Positions 7,908 through 16,001 are shown, counted from the stretch's first letter. The stretch is DNA of 32,000 nt from an uncultured Chloroflexia bacterium (GCA_963704755.1 OY969938.1:2610001-2642000); one strand, 5' to 3'. Notes: a model not told the origin generated them from the letters alone. Numbers and translations: made by a program.

Positions 7908-8078
7908 TTAGTCGGCGTGAACAGCGCCGGTCGGGCAAACAGCCTCGCAGGAGCCGCAATCCTGGCATTTGGAGGCGTCGATCACATATAAACCGTTAAC
8001 CTCAGCAATTGCTCCTTCGGGGCATTCGGGTTCGCAAGCGCCGCACTGGATGCAATCATCGGAAATTACGTATGCCAT
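7908..8078 (-). CDS. 2x[4Fe-4S] ferredoxin
   Basis: MAYVISDDCIQCGACEPECPEGAIAEVNGLYVIDASKCQDCGSCEAVCPTGAVHAD carries two CxxCxxCxxxCP motifs. The start was moved to ATG 8078 (GAAAGGA upstream). The track's N-terminal extension looks non-coding. Confidence 0.85.
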   Translation of the reverse strand: MAYVISDDCIQCGACEPECPEGAIAEVNGLYVIDASKCQDCGSCEAVCPTGAVHAD

Positions 8079-8240
8079 GGCTACTATCCTTTCTTGATGG
8101 TTAATAAATCCTGTCGTAATGTTACGATGCCAAGAATAACATATTCCATCCCCGGGCTGTAGCGGTCGTTTGTCATAAATTCGGGCAGAATAAGTCACAT
8201 TTGTAACAGGAGGAGTTACTACTCAGGTTAATTCGGGAAT

Positions 8241-8303
8241 GAGGGGTGTTTTTTATTGTTTTTCGCGTACGAAGTACGCGAAAAACAATAAAAAACACCC
8301 CTC
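8241..8303. repeat. 63-nt perfect palindrome (30-bp stem, GAA loop), family P1 copy 1
   Basis: gaggggtgttttttattgtttttcgcgtac-gaa-gtacgcgaaaaacaataaaaaacacccctc, with all 30 pairs checked. It lies between mrp-like and ferredoxin genes, both on the minus strand. Confidence 0.9.
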
Positions 8304-8359
8304 TCTTTGTGGCAACTGGGTAGTGACCAGGAGGATTATAAAACCTTTACGAGGAATGG

Positions 8360-9421
8360 TTATCCCGTGCGGATAGCCGCTACCCGCAAAATGCGCTCGA
8401 TCACCGGACCCAGCCCATCCATGTGGGCCTGCTCTACCTGGCCCTGGTCGCACAGGATCGTCAGGGCAGAATTGATCGGCAGCCGGCAGACTACCTCGGT
8501 GCCGGCCATTTCGGCGACTTCGCCGGCGTGGCTGGGACCAAATATCTCGTGCGGTGAGCCGCTATCCGGGCAGGTGTAATAGCTAAAGTTCTCCACGATG
8601 CCCAGGATGGGAATTTGCAAATTTTGCAGCATGTGCACGGCCTTACGCACTACCAGCGCCGCCAAGCCCTGGGGCGAGGTGACCAGCACCACCCCGTTGA
8701 GGGGCAGGTTTTGAATGACCGTAATAGCCGCATCCGAGGTTCCCGGCGGCAAATCCACCAGCAAAACGTCCAGCTTGCCCCACAGCACCTCGTTCCAGAA
8801 CTGGCGGATAACACCCGAGATCATCGGCCCGCGCCAGATCACGGCCGTGTCCTCCTCGGGTACCAGCAGGTTGGAAGAGACCACCCGGATGCCGCCGGGT
8901 GTAATCGCCGGCAGGATGCCCTGGTCGTTGCCGCGCAGCCCGCCGGCCGGCAGGTTGAACAGGCGCGGGATGCTCGGGCCGGTCAGGTCGGCGTCCAGGA
9001 TGCCCACTTTTTTGCCCTGGCGGGCCAGCTCCACGGCCAGCAAAGCGGTCACGGAAGATTTGCCCACCCCGCCTTTGCCGCTCATCACCGCGATGACTCG
9101 CTGGATGCGGTTAAAGATGTTCAATTTGGGTAACTGGGGAGCCGCCATGCCGATCACGGCCCGGCGCTCCTCATCGGTCATTTCGCCGTAGGTCACCTGC
9201 ACCTGGCTCACCCCCGGGTAGGCCTTGAGAAGCTGTTCGGCATTGAAGGCCATCTGGTCCTTGAGCGGGCAGTTCGGCGTAGTCAACGCCAGGGTAAAGT
9301 CAATTTTCCCGGACGGGTCGATTTTCAGGTCACGCACCATCCCCAGCTCGATCACGCTGCGGCCAAGCTCCGGGTCGACCACTTTTTTGAGGACTTCACG
9401 GACTTCCGATTCGCTAATCAT
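8360..9421 (-). CDS. Mrp/NBP35/ApbC-family Fe-S cluster carrier ATPase with N-terminal DUF59-like domain
   Basis: 353 aa. Deviant Walker A SGKGGVGKSS, an N-terminal MIP18/DUF59-like segment (VLKKVVDPELGRSVIELGMV), and family-typical ILDADLTGPSIP. Confidence 0.85.
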   Translation of the reverse strand: MISESEVREVLKKVVDPELGRSVIELGMVRDLKIDPSGKIDFTLALTTPNCPLKDQMAFNAEQLLKAYPGVSQVQVTYGEMTDEERRAVIGMAAPQLPKLNIFNRIQRVIAVMSGKGGVGKSSVTALLAVELARQGKKVGILDADLTGPSIPRLFNLPAGGLRGNDQGILPAITPGGIRVVSSNLLVPEEDTAVIWRGPMISGVIRQFWNEVLWGKLDVLLVDLPPGTSDAAITVIQNLPLNGVVLVTSPQGLAALVVRKAVHMLQNLQIPILGIVENFSYYTCPDSGSPHEIFGPSHAGEVAEMAGTEVVCRLPINSALTILCDQGQVEQAHMDGLGPVIERILRVAAIRTG

Positions 9422-9444
9422 CAGGCACCTCTATCTCTTCAATC

Positions 9445-10125
9445 TTAGCCCTTCATACCTAAAAACACGCCTACGAAGAAGTTCTTGTAAATGCAATCCA
9501 CGTTGTCGAAGCCGGCTTCTTTCATCCAGGCAATTTGATCGGCGAGCAGCGCTTCGCGATCGTAGGTCTGGCGGCGCTGGATGCCGGCCTGGATCCGGTC
9601 TTCGGGCTGGCCGCTGCTGCGCACCTGGTCCAGCCAGTGCTCCCAGTATAGCTTGCGCAGGTAATCGGTTTCACCTAACACCTGGTCGATGTTGACGAAT
9701 ACCCCAGGCGTGCCCAGGGTGGCGTAAACCTTTCGGAAAAGGGCCTGTTTTTCCCCGTCGGAAAGGTGATGGATCGACAGGCTGGATATCACCAGGTCGT
9801 ATTTGCGGCTGGCATCCAATTCGCGGTAATCGCCGAGAATCACCTCGATTTTTTGGGGAGTCGCCTGAAAGCGCAGGCGGGCCACATCCAGCATCTGATC
9901 GGCCAGGTCGTATAAGACGAAATGGGCGTGCGGATACTTTAGGGACACCTGCTGAGAGAACAGGCCGGTTCCGGCGCCCAGGTCGAGGACGGATAGTTTC
10001 GCCTGGGGGTCAAAGGGCAGCACGTCGATGCCGGCCTGGAACAGGTCGTGGAAGTTTGGCAGGGCTGCCTTCATCCAGGTGTCGTAATAGTCGATGGTGG
10101 CATTGAAAGCCTGGTCAATGGTCAT
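9445..10125 (-). CDS. Class I SAM-dependent methyltransferase
   Basis: The start was moved to ATG 10125 (MTIDQAFN..., 226 aa), which overlaps the pip stop as ATGA. Motif I is VLDLGAGTGLF. The track's longer N-terminus overlaps pip and is Arg/Cys-rich junk. Confidence 0.8.
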   Translation of the reverse strand: MTIDQAFNATIDYYDTWMKAALPNFHDLFQAGIDVLPFDPQAKLSVLDLGAGTGLFSQQVSLKYPHAHFVLYDLADQMLDVARLRFQATPQKIEVILGDYRELDASRKYDLVISSLSIHHLSDGEKQALFRKVYATLGTPGVFVNIDQVLGETDYLRKLYWEHWLDQVRSSGQPEDRIQAGIQRRQTYDREALLADQIAWMKEAGFDNVDCIYKNFFVGVFLGMKG

Positions 10126-11081
10126 GCGTTTTCTCCGGTAAAAAGAGCTTTTGAATCGTCCATTGCCTGGATAATCGCAGCGGTCATGCCCGGGTCGCTG
10201 GCAGTGTGGCCACCGTCGGGGACAAAAGTCAGCCTGGAATTGGGCATGGCTTCGTGCAAGGCCCAGGCATTGGCCGGCGGGCAAATCACGTCGTAGCGCC
10301 CATGGATGATGGCGCAGGGGATATGGGCGATCTTGAAAATATTTTCCAGGATGTAATTATCCGAGGGAAAGAACATCTTCTTGGAGATGTACAAATTCTC
10401 GAAACGGGCGATGGCCAGTTTGCTGTAAGGGTCGGCCGGCTCGCTGGGTGGTTGGGGCAGGTGATGCACGATACCGCCTTCCCACTCGCCCCAGGCCAGG
10501 GCAGCCTCCAGGTGGACGGAGGGGTCCGGATCGTTGAGGCGTTTGTAGAAGGCCGAAATCAGGTCACCGCGTTCTTCGGGTGGAATTGGCGCGATGTATT
10601 GTGGGTACCGGTCGGGATAAAAATACGAAGCGCCTTCCTGGAACAGCCAGCGGTTCTCCCATTCACGCCCGAGATAAACGCCGCGCAGCACTAACCCAAC
10701 CACTCGTTCCGGGTAAGCGATGGCGTAGCACAGCGCCAGCGTGCTGCCCCAACTGCCGCCGAACACCAGCCAGCGGTTAATTCCCAGGTGGGTGCGCAGT
10801 TTTTCAAGATCATCTACCAGCGCCCAGGTGTTGTTATCGCGGATCTCGGCGTAGGGGGTGCTCTTGCCGGCCCCGCGCTGATCGAAGAGCACGCTGCGGT
10901 AAAACTGTGGGTCGAAAAAACGGCGCGATTCGGCCGAAATACCTCCGCCAGGCCCGCCGTGTAAGAAAACGGCCGGTTTGCCGTCCGGGTTGCCACATTC
11001 TTCGTAATAGAGCGTGTGCAGCTCGGAGACAGGCAGCCGGCCGGTGTGGAAAGGTTCGATTTCTGGATAATAAGTAAGCAT
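10122..11081 (-). CDS. pip: Prolyl aminopeptidase (proline iminopeptidase, S33 family)
   Basis: 319 aa. Hallmark N-terminus ...LYYEECGNPDGKPAVFLHGGPGGG, nucleophile elbow GGSWGS, and full-length collinearity with Pip as I recall it. Confidence 0.9.
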   Translation of the reverse strand: MLTYYPEIEPFHTGRLPVSELHTLYYEECGNPDGKPAVFLHGGPGGGISAESRRFFDPQFYRSVLFDQRGAGKSTPYAEIRDNNTWALVDDLEKLRTHLGINRWLVFGGSWGSTLALCYAIAYPERVVGLVLRGVYLGREWENRWLFQEGASYFYPDRYPQYIAPIPPEERGDLISAFYKRLNDPDPSVHLEAALAWGEWEGGIVHHLPQPPSEPADPYSKLAIARFENLYISKKMFFPSDNYILENIFKIAHIPCAIIHGRYDVICPPANAWALHEAMPNSRLTFVPDGGHTASDPGMTAAIIQAMDDSKALFTGENA

Positions 11082-11173
11082 ATTGGTATTCCTGTTTGGC
11101 TATAATGAACGAGCGAATGGTCTCTAGGTTGATTTTACTCTTCCAAAATCAATATTGAAGACCATAAAATTTA

Positions 11174-11216
11174 GGGATATCGGATGAGGCGGTTTAGCCG
11201 CCCCATCCGATATCCC
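11174..11216. repeat. 19-bp-stem hairpin between the GGDEF gene stop and the pip start
   Basis: gggatatcggatgaggcgg-tttag-ccgccccatccgatatccc, with one mismatch. Confidence 0.7.
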
Positions 11217-11247
11217 CAATCTAGTTGCTGGAAACAAACCCTTCACT

Positions 11248-12726
11248 TCAGGAATCGATGGGATCCCATTGCAGCGGAGCGCTGATGTGAACCTGGTCTC
11301 CGCCCTGGCTCTTGCTGGTATACAGGGCTTCGTCGGCCCGTTGGATAAATTGGACCGCCATGGTTTCGAAATATTCCCCCGGGATGGGGTGCAGGCCGGC
11401 TTTGTTGGCGAGCAGGTTGGGCTCCAAAACGCACAGGCCGACGCTGCAGCGCAGGTATTCTTCGCCCTGGTGATCGGTCAGGCTTTTCCCGGCCAGTAAC
11501 TGGATAATCCTTTGCCCGACCACTTTGGCCCCTTCTGTCCCGGTTTGGGGCAGGATTACTGCGAATTCATCGCCGCCGTAGCGCCCGCAAACGTCGGTTG
11601 TGCGGGTGGCCTGGCGCAGCACCGAACCCACCGTCCGCAGGGCCTCGTCGCCGACCAGGTGACCGAACATATCGTTGATGCGTTTCAGCTTGTCCACGTC
11701 CACCATCAGCAGCGACATAATCTGGCGCGAGCGGAAAGCCGTCCGCAGCTCGCGGTAAAAGCATTTTTCCAGGAAGGGGCGCATGTATAGCCCGGTCAAC
11801 TGGTCGATGGTGGCCAGTTCGTACAACTGGGTATTTTGGATCGCCACGGCGGCCTGGTTGGCAAAGACCTCCAACAGTTCCTGGTCCTGGGGCAGGACGA
11901 CCTGGCGGTCCAGGTAGATCATCCCGATGGTCATATTGCCCACTTTCAGCGGCACCAGGGTGATATTGGGCAGCAGGCTCACCGTACCATGCCGCAAGGT
12001 TTTGTAAATGGTCTTCAGCCCCTCGTGATCCATGACTTCGCTGATCTTGGATTCGGTGTGGAACCTGCCGGTACTGGCCCGGATGATCAGGTCGGTATCT
12101 TCGTTGATCATCGCCAGAAAGCTTTCGGTTTGCTCATTGCCTCCCGGCAGGCGCACTCCACCTTCGTTGACCACCGCCAGGAAGGAGTTGACCACCCCCA
12201 ACAGGCCGGAGATCTGCCAGAGAATCCCCTGGAGCAGCTCGTTCAGGGACTGGATCTTGTGCATATCCGGGGTCACATCCAGGATGTACTGCAAACCCTG
12301 CCGGCTCTTGGTCAACAATTGGACCGTATAGGCTGATTTCAAGCCGACGTCGGTCCATAACAAGAACTTTTCCGGCCCTTCGGATTTATCGTAATAGCCC
12401 TGGATATCCAGCCGTTTCAACAGCTCGCGCGGTGGCTGTTCACTGGCGTAGCCGGTCTGCAAGATCACCTGCACCACCCCATTGAACTGTCTCAAGCGGG
12501 TGACCACGTCTTCTCCGGTCATGCCGGGCATATAGTAATCCAGAAGTAACAGGTCGACCTTTTGGCTCCTCAAGATATCCAAAGCAGCCGACCCGCTGTC
12601 AGCCGTCAGGACGATGTGTCCTTCATGCTCTAATAATTTTTGAGTCGCAAGCAGATATTCCGGATGGTCGTCCACTAACAGGATGGTATATCCGGAGGGG
12701 CTGGAAATATTTGTTTTACGGGCCAA
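11248..12726 (-). CDS. Response regulator with REC, GAF-like and GGDEF (diguanylate cyclase) domains
   Basis: 492 aa. REC domain (LLVDDHPE...LLLDYYMPGMTG), a central GAF-like region, and a GGDEF domain with RYGGDEF. An RxxD I-site (RTTD) sits five residues upstream of GGDEF. Confidence 0.85.
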   Translation of the reverse strand: MARKTNISSPSGYTILLVDDHPEYLLATQKLLEHEGHIVLTADSGSAALDILRSQKVDLLLLDYYMPGMTGEDVVTRLRQFNGVVQVILQTGYASEQPPRELLKRLDIQGYYDKSEGPEKFLLWTDVGLKSAYTVQLLTKSRQGLQYILDVTPDMHKIQSLNELLQGILWQISGLLGVVNSFLAVVNEGGVRLPGGNEQTESFLAMINEDTDLIIRASTGRFHTESKISEVMDHEGLKTIYKTLRHGTVSLLPNITLVPLKVGNMTIGMIYLDRQVVLPQDQELLEVFANQAAVAIQNTQLYELATIDQLTGLYMRPFLEKCFYRELRTAFRSRQIMSLLMVDVDKLKRINDMFGHLVGDEALRTVGSVLRQATRTTDVCGRYGGDEFAVILPQTGTEGAKVVGQRIIQLLAGKSLTDHQGEEYLRCSVGLCVLEPNLLANKAGLHPIPGEYFETMAVQFIQRADEALYTSKSQGGDQVHISAPLQWDPIDS

Positions 12727-14168
12727 TTGGGTTTACTCCTGAATCGGGGAAATGCAGCGTAAAGGTCGTGCCATGGTCAACACGGCTGTCGACCTGGATG
12801 GTGCCCCCGAACACATTGGTCATGATGTCACGGACGATGGTTAATCCCAACCCGGTGCCCATGCCGCTGGGCTTGGTGGTGAAGAGCAGGTCAAAAATCT
12901 TGGGTTGGATTTCAGGTGGGATTCCGGCCCCCCGGTCGGCGACCAACAGATCTATCCCTTCTGCCTGCGGTTCCAGTTGTAAGATGATCAGGGCATCCTC
13001 CTTGCCCGCACTGGCATCGATGGCGTTGGTGAGCAGATTGGTCACAATTTGCGAAAGCTGCCCGGGCAGGCCGAACAGCTCGATGGTATCGAATGGATAG
13101 TCGAACCGGACGGTGCAGTTGGCCGAGCGCAAGGCATGGTTGACGAGCAGCAGCAATTCCTGGATGACCGGCACGGCGTTGAACAGGACCCGGTCTTGGG
13201 GCACCACGTCATGGATTTGAGATTTTATCCCGCGCACGAACCCGGCGATACGCTCCAGCCCATTGCTCACCAGGGCGAGCGACTGGAGCATTTCCTGCCC
13301 AATTTCACGGTGATCCTGTAGATTTACCTGCGGATCCCCGATCGAAATCCAGGTACTCGTTGGCCAACTGGCCGATTTCGACCAGGGCCGCCCGCGAAGC
13401 CGCCAGGGGGGTATTGATTTCGTGTGCGATGCCGGCAGTCAGCCGTCCCAGGGTTGCCAACCGCTCGGACTTCAACAGCTCTTCGTGTTCGACCTGGATG
13501 GTATCGTAGGCTTTCTGAAGCTCTTGCGTGCGGTCCGCGACGCGTTCTTCCAGACGGGCCCGCATCAGCTCGAGATCCTGGTTAGTCTTTGAGAGGCCGG
13601 CCAGGCGGTCCTTTTCCACCTGGTTGCGGTAGAAGCCGGCCACGATGACTAGAGAGGAAATGGACAGGTTCAGGATGACCGGCGCAATTTGGCTGGCGAT
13701 GGTCATACCCTGGAAGGTGATAATTAATATATTGACCAGCAGGTTGAAAATACCCAGGCCGAACAAGACCTGGATAGAGAAAAACATGATGCAGACCTGT
13801 AAAGCGACGCAATTTGAAATGAGAATGATCGCCATCTCGCCGCTAACGAGCGGACCGCCGAACAACGTCAGTAAAACCGGTGCAATCGCCTGCAGGAAGA
13901 TCAACGCGCCGGCAGCCCAATGATAGCGGCGCGAACGGCTGATGCCATAGAGGATCAGGTAGGCAATTTCAACGAAAATAAGAAATTGCGGGGACGGAAA
14001 CGCCTCAATTTTAAAGGCAAAGATTAGCGGGAGGATTAAAACGATTAAAACCAGCAGGATAGTAGATATCAGGCGTGCCTGCCGGCGTTCGCCGGGCTGT
14101 TGGACTGCTTTGCCCGGTTCGACAGCCAGGTTCACCAGAAGCCGGGTCAGGCGGCTAGCAGAATCCAT
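12716..14168 (-). pseudogene. Membrane sensor histidine kinase interrupted by a +1 frameshift (or sequencing error) between the DHp and ATPase domains
   Basis: ORF 13305-14168 encodes multi-TM, coiled-coil and H-box (IAHEINTPL) segments and then ends. ORF 12716-13291 encodes HATPase_c (N-box TNLLTNAIDA, G-boxes DRGAGI and GMGTGLGL). Shifting one frame at the T3 run (plus-strand 13345-13347) gives a continuous ...LANEYLD/SIGDPQVNLQDHREIGQEMLQSLALVSNG... reading. Confidence 0.7.
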
Positions 14169-14290
14169 TGATTAAATTCCTGTAATCGGGCGGGGGAGCG
14201 GAGATAGGGCTAAATGATGAAGAGGATAAGCAGCGATCTCTCTATATTATATACATATAGTATAGGAAATATCTTGTTATTCTTGGCTCC

Positions 14291-14358
14291 ATCGAAGCAG
14301 AGGGATAAAAAAAATCGGGCGGTTATTCCGCCCGATTTTTTTATCCCTCTGCTTCGAT
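14291..14358. repeat. About 31-bp-stem palindrome whose right arm is the 3' end of the HAD hydrolase CDS
   Basis: atcgaagcagagggataaaaaaaatcgggcgg-ttatt-ccgcccgatttttttatccctctgcttcgat (A8 versus T7, so one bulge). The right arm encodes ...IEAEG-stop of the 14341-15048 gene. Confidence 0.85.
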
Positions 14359-15048
14359 TTTTTCTAGCAAATCAGGCAGCCCAAGCAAATTGGAAATCTC
14401 GAAGAAACGTGAGCGGTCTTCGGGTAAATCGGCCGCGGATTCGTGCGCCCAGCCGTTGGCGTAAGGGACATACACGGCGTAGGCGCCCAGCGCCAGCACC
14501 GGGGCGATGTCAGAGCGCAGGGAATTGCCGATCATCAAAAAGTGGGCCGGGTCGATGGCGTGCCGGGCCAGCATAGCAGCGTAGATCGGCTCGGTCTTAT
14601 CCACCAGGATTTCCACCGAGGGGAAATAGCCGGCCAATCCCGAGCGCTGCAGCTTACTCTCCTGGTCGAGCGTGTCGCCTTTGGTCACCAGCAGCAGACG
14701 GTGGTCCTGCAGGCGAGTCAGCGTTTCCTGCACCCCCTCCAGCAGGCGGATCTCGTGGCTGGTCATTTTGCGGCCCAATTCCACCATGGCCTGGATGTCG
14801 GTCGCGCGGACCTTTTCGCCCGTGACCTGGATGGCAGTTTCGATCAGCGAAAGGATAAATCCGCGGATGCCATACCCGAAATAGGCCAGGTTATCCACTT
14901 CGATGCGGTGCAGCACGTCCATGGCTGCTTCGGCCGAGACGCCGTAGGGTGACAGCAAAGCCGTAAAGTTCCGTTCTGTCTCACGATAATAAGGTTCGGT
15001 GTGCCAGAGGGTGTCGTCGGCATCGAACGCGATCGCATCAATTTTCAT
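14341..15048 (-). CDS. HAD-superfamily hydrolase
   Basis: 235 aa. Motif I FDADDTLWH (DxDxT), LVTKGD, and motif IV-like MIGNSLRSD. Confidence 0.8.
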   Translation of the reverse strand: MKIDAIAFDADDTLWHTEPYYRETERNFTALLSPYGVSAEAAMDVLHRIEVDNLAYFGYGIRGFILSLIETAIQVTGEKVRATDIQAMVELGRKMTSHEIRLLEGVQETLTRLQDHRLLLVTKGDTLDQESKLQRSGLAGYFPSVEILVDKTEPIYAAMLARHAIDPAHFLMIGNSLRSDIAPVLALGAYAVYVPYANGWAHESAADLPEDRSRFFEISNLLGLPDLLEKIEAEG

Positions 15049-15075
15049 TCGCCAAACCTCCTATTCGAAAATTAC

Positions 15076-15124
15076 TTTGGGTGTTTGTTTTGGGCGGCGT
15101 AGCCGCCCAAAACAAACACCCAAA
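15076..15124. repeat. 23-bp-stem perfect palindrome centred on GCGTAGC (family P2 copy 1)
   Basis: tttgggtgtttgttttgggcggc-gta-gccgcccaaaacaaacacccaaa. It lies directly upstream of the HAD gene start. Confidence 0.9.
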
Positions 15125-15190
15125 AATATTTTTGACCAAGCGCCAAGGTTTATTTTACCTCGAGAGCCGGGCGATTTTAGGCCATACGAG

Positions 15191-15362
15191 GGCGGATCAT
15201 CTATGTAGGGTGCGTTGATAACGCACCAATTTGTTTGGCTCCAAGCTGCTTCTTGGTTGAAAAAACCGTTTGGCCGAAATTTATCCGCTACCCCGTATAA
15301 ATAATTACAAAGCGTTTTGGTGCGTTGCCAACGCACCCTACATCCGCGCCGCACACGCGCCC
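15191..15362 (+). mobile_element. REPIN/MITE-like element copy 1 (two inverted GTAG-hairpin REPs about 110 nt apart)
   Basis: The left end is ggcggatcatctatGTAGggtgcgtt-gat-aacgcacc. The right end is ggtgcgtt-gcc-aacgcaccCTACatccgcgccgcacacgcgccc. The first 48 nt are identical to copy 2, and the interior is diverged. Confidence 0.65.
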
Positions 15363-15519
15363 GGTCTGAATGGCGTTGCCGGCGAAGCAGGCGGCTATTC
15401 AGCGTAGATGTGGAGATTGCTTTCTGCTTCACTCCTGCGCCGGACAGGGAAAATGTGGACCATGCCGATAAAGGCACCCATGCGGTTTATCTCGTCGCAC
15501 CGGCGAGCAGAACTTAACG

Positions 15520-15557
15520 CCTTATCCCTCCCAGGGAGAAGGCGGGGATGAGGGTGG
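15520..15557 (+). repeat. Solo degenerate copy of the polypyrimidine/polypurine hairpin plus GGATGAGGG motif (family C)
   Basis: ccttatccctcccagggagaaggcggggatgagggtgg. Compare ccttcccccttttagggggaaggccgggatgagggt in the 22-23 kb array. Confidence 0.6.
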
Positions 15558-15625
15558 ATACCTGGTCGGACCAAACCCTGTTTATAAAAAAAGGGGCCTT
15601 CGGTGTGCCGGGGCGAACGTGCATT

Positions 15626-15796
15626 GGCGGATCATCTATGTAGGGTGCGTTGATAACGCACCAATTTGTTTGGCGAAGAACAAAAATCGGGTAACAAAAC
15701 CCGTTTGGCTGCGTTTCCTTCCAACCCGGCACACATGATTACAAAGCGTTTTGGTGCGTTGCCAACGCACCTTACATCCGCGCCGCACACGCGCCC
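15626..15796 (+). mobile_element. REPIN/MITE-like element copy 2
   Basis: It has the same 48-nt left end and the same approximately 59-nt right end (one C/T difference in ...aacgcacc[c/t]tacat...) as copy 1, in the same orientation, 435 bp downstream. Confidence 0.65.
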
Positions 15797-15916
15797 CAAC
15801 GGTCGGGAGAAAAGCCGCCTCATTTCCGGTGGACATTGAAATCAGGCGGCGAATCCACGAGAGTGAATCATTCCTATAGGGCGCCGGCCAAAAGATAGCC
15901 ATTCTCCCCCGGTGGG

Positions 15917-15945
15917 TTGACTTTGACTAAACCGATCACTAAAAT
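15917..15945 (+). promoter_or_regulatory. Sigma70-like promoter upstream of ndh
   Basis: TTGACT (15917-15922), a 17-nt spacer, then TAAAAT (15940-15945). A small hairpin (cggggagg-cata-ccttccccg) lies in the predicted leader. Confidence 0.4.
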
Positions 15946-16001
15946 CTAATATAGATATACGAATACAATAATTCTCGGGGAGGCATACCTTCCCCGTAAA
16001 A

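Noticed and set aside
7908-8198. Track N-terminal extensions for several ORFs: ferredoxin 8198, spoVS 4037, methyltransferase 10284, lipoprotein 21186 and ABC-2 permease 26035
   Set aside because: The extensions are Arg/Pro/Cys-rich, overlap upstream genes or repeats, and lack SD. Internal starts with good SD give canonical family N-termini (MAYVISDDC, MDVIKV, MTIDQAF, MKKASIGF plus lipobox, and VKSQGQ after AGGAGG).
12716-14168. Naturally split histidine kinase (separate membrane/DHp and ATPase polypeptides)
   Set aside because: The second ORF's frame is open and kinase-like (SIGDPQVNLQDHREIGQE...) for about 17 codons upstream of its first Met. It overlaps the tail of the first ORF, with no SD. 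This is the signature of a 1-nt frameshift rather than two genes.
15061-15902. ORFs 15061-15477(-), 15514-15732(-), 15636-15902(-) and 15317-15517(+) in the HAD-ndh intergenic region
   Set aside because: They run through the P2 palindrome and the two REPIN-like elements. The identical 'QTNWCVINAPYIDDPP' peptide in two of them is simply the repeated element translated. There are no starts with SD.
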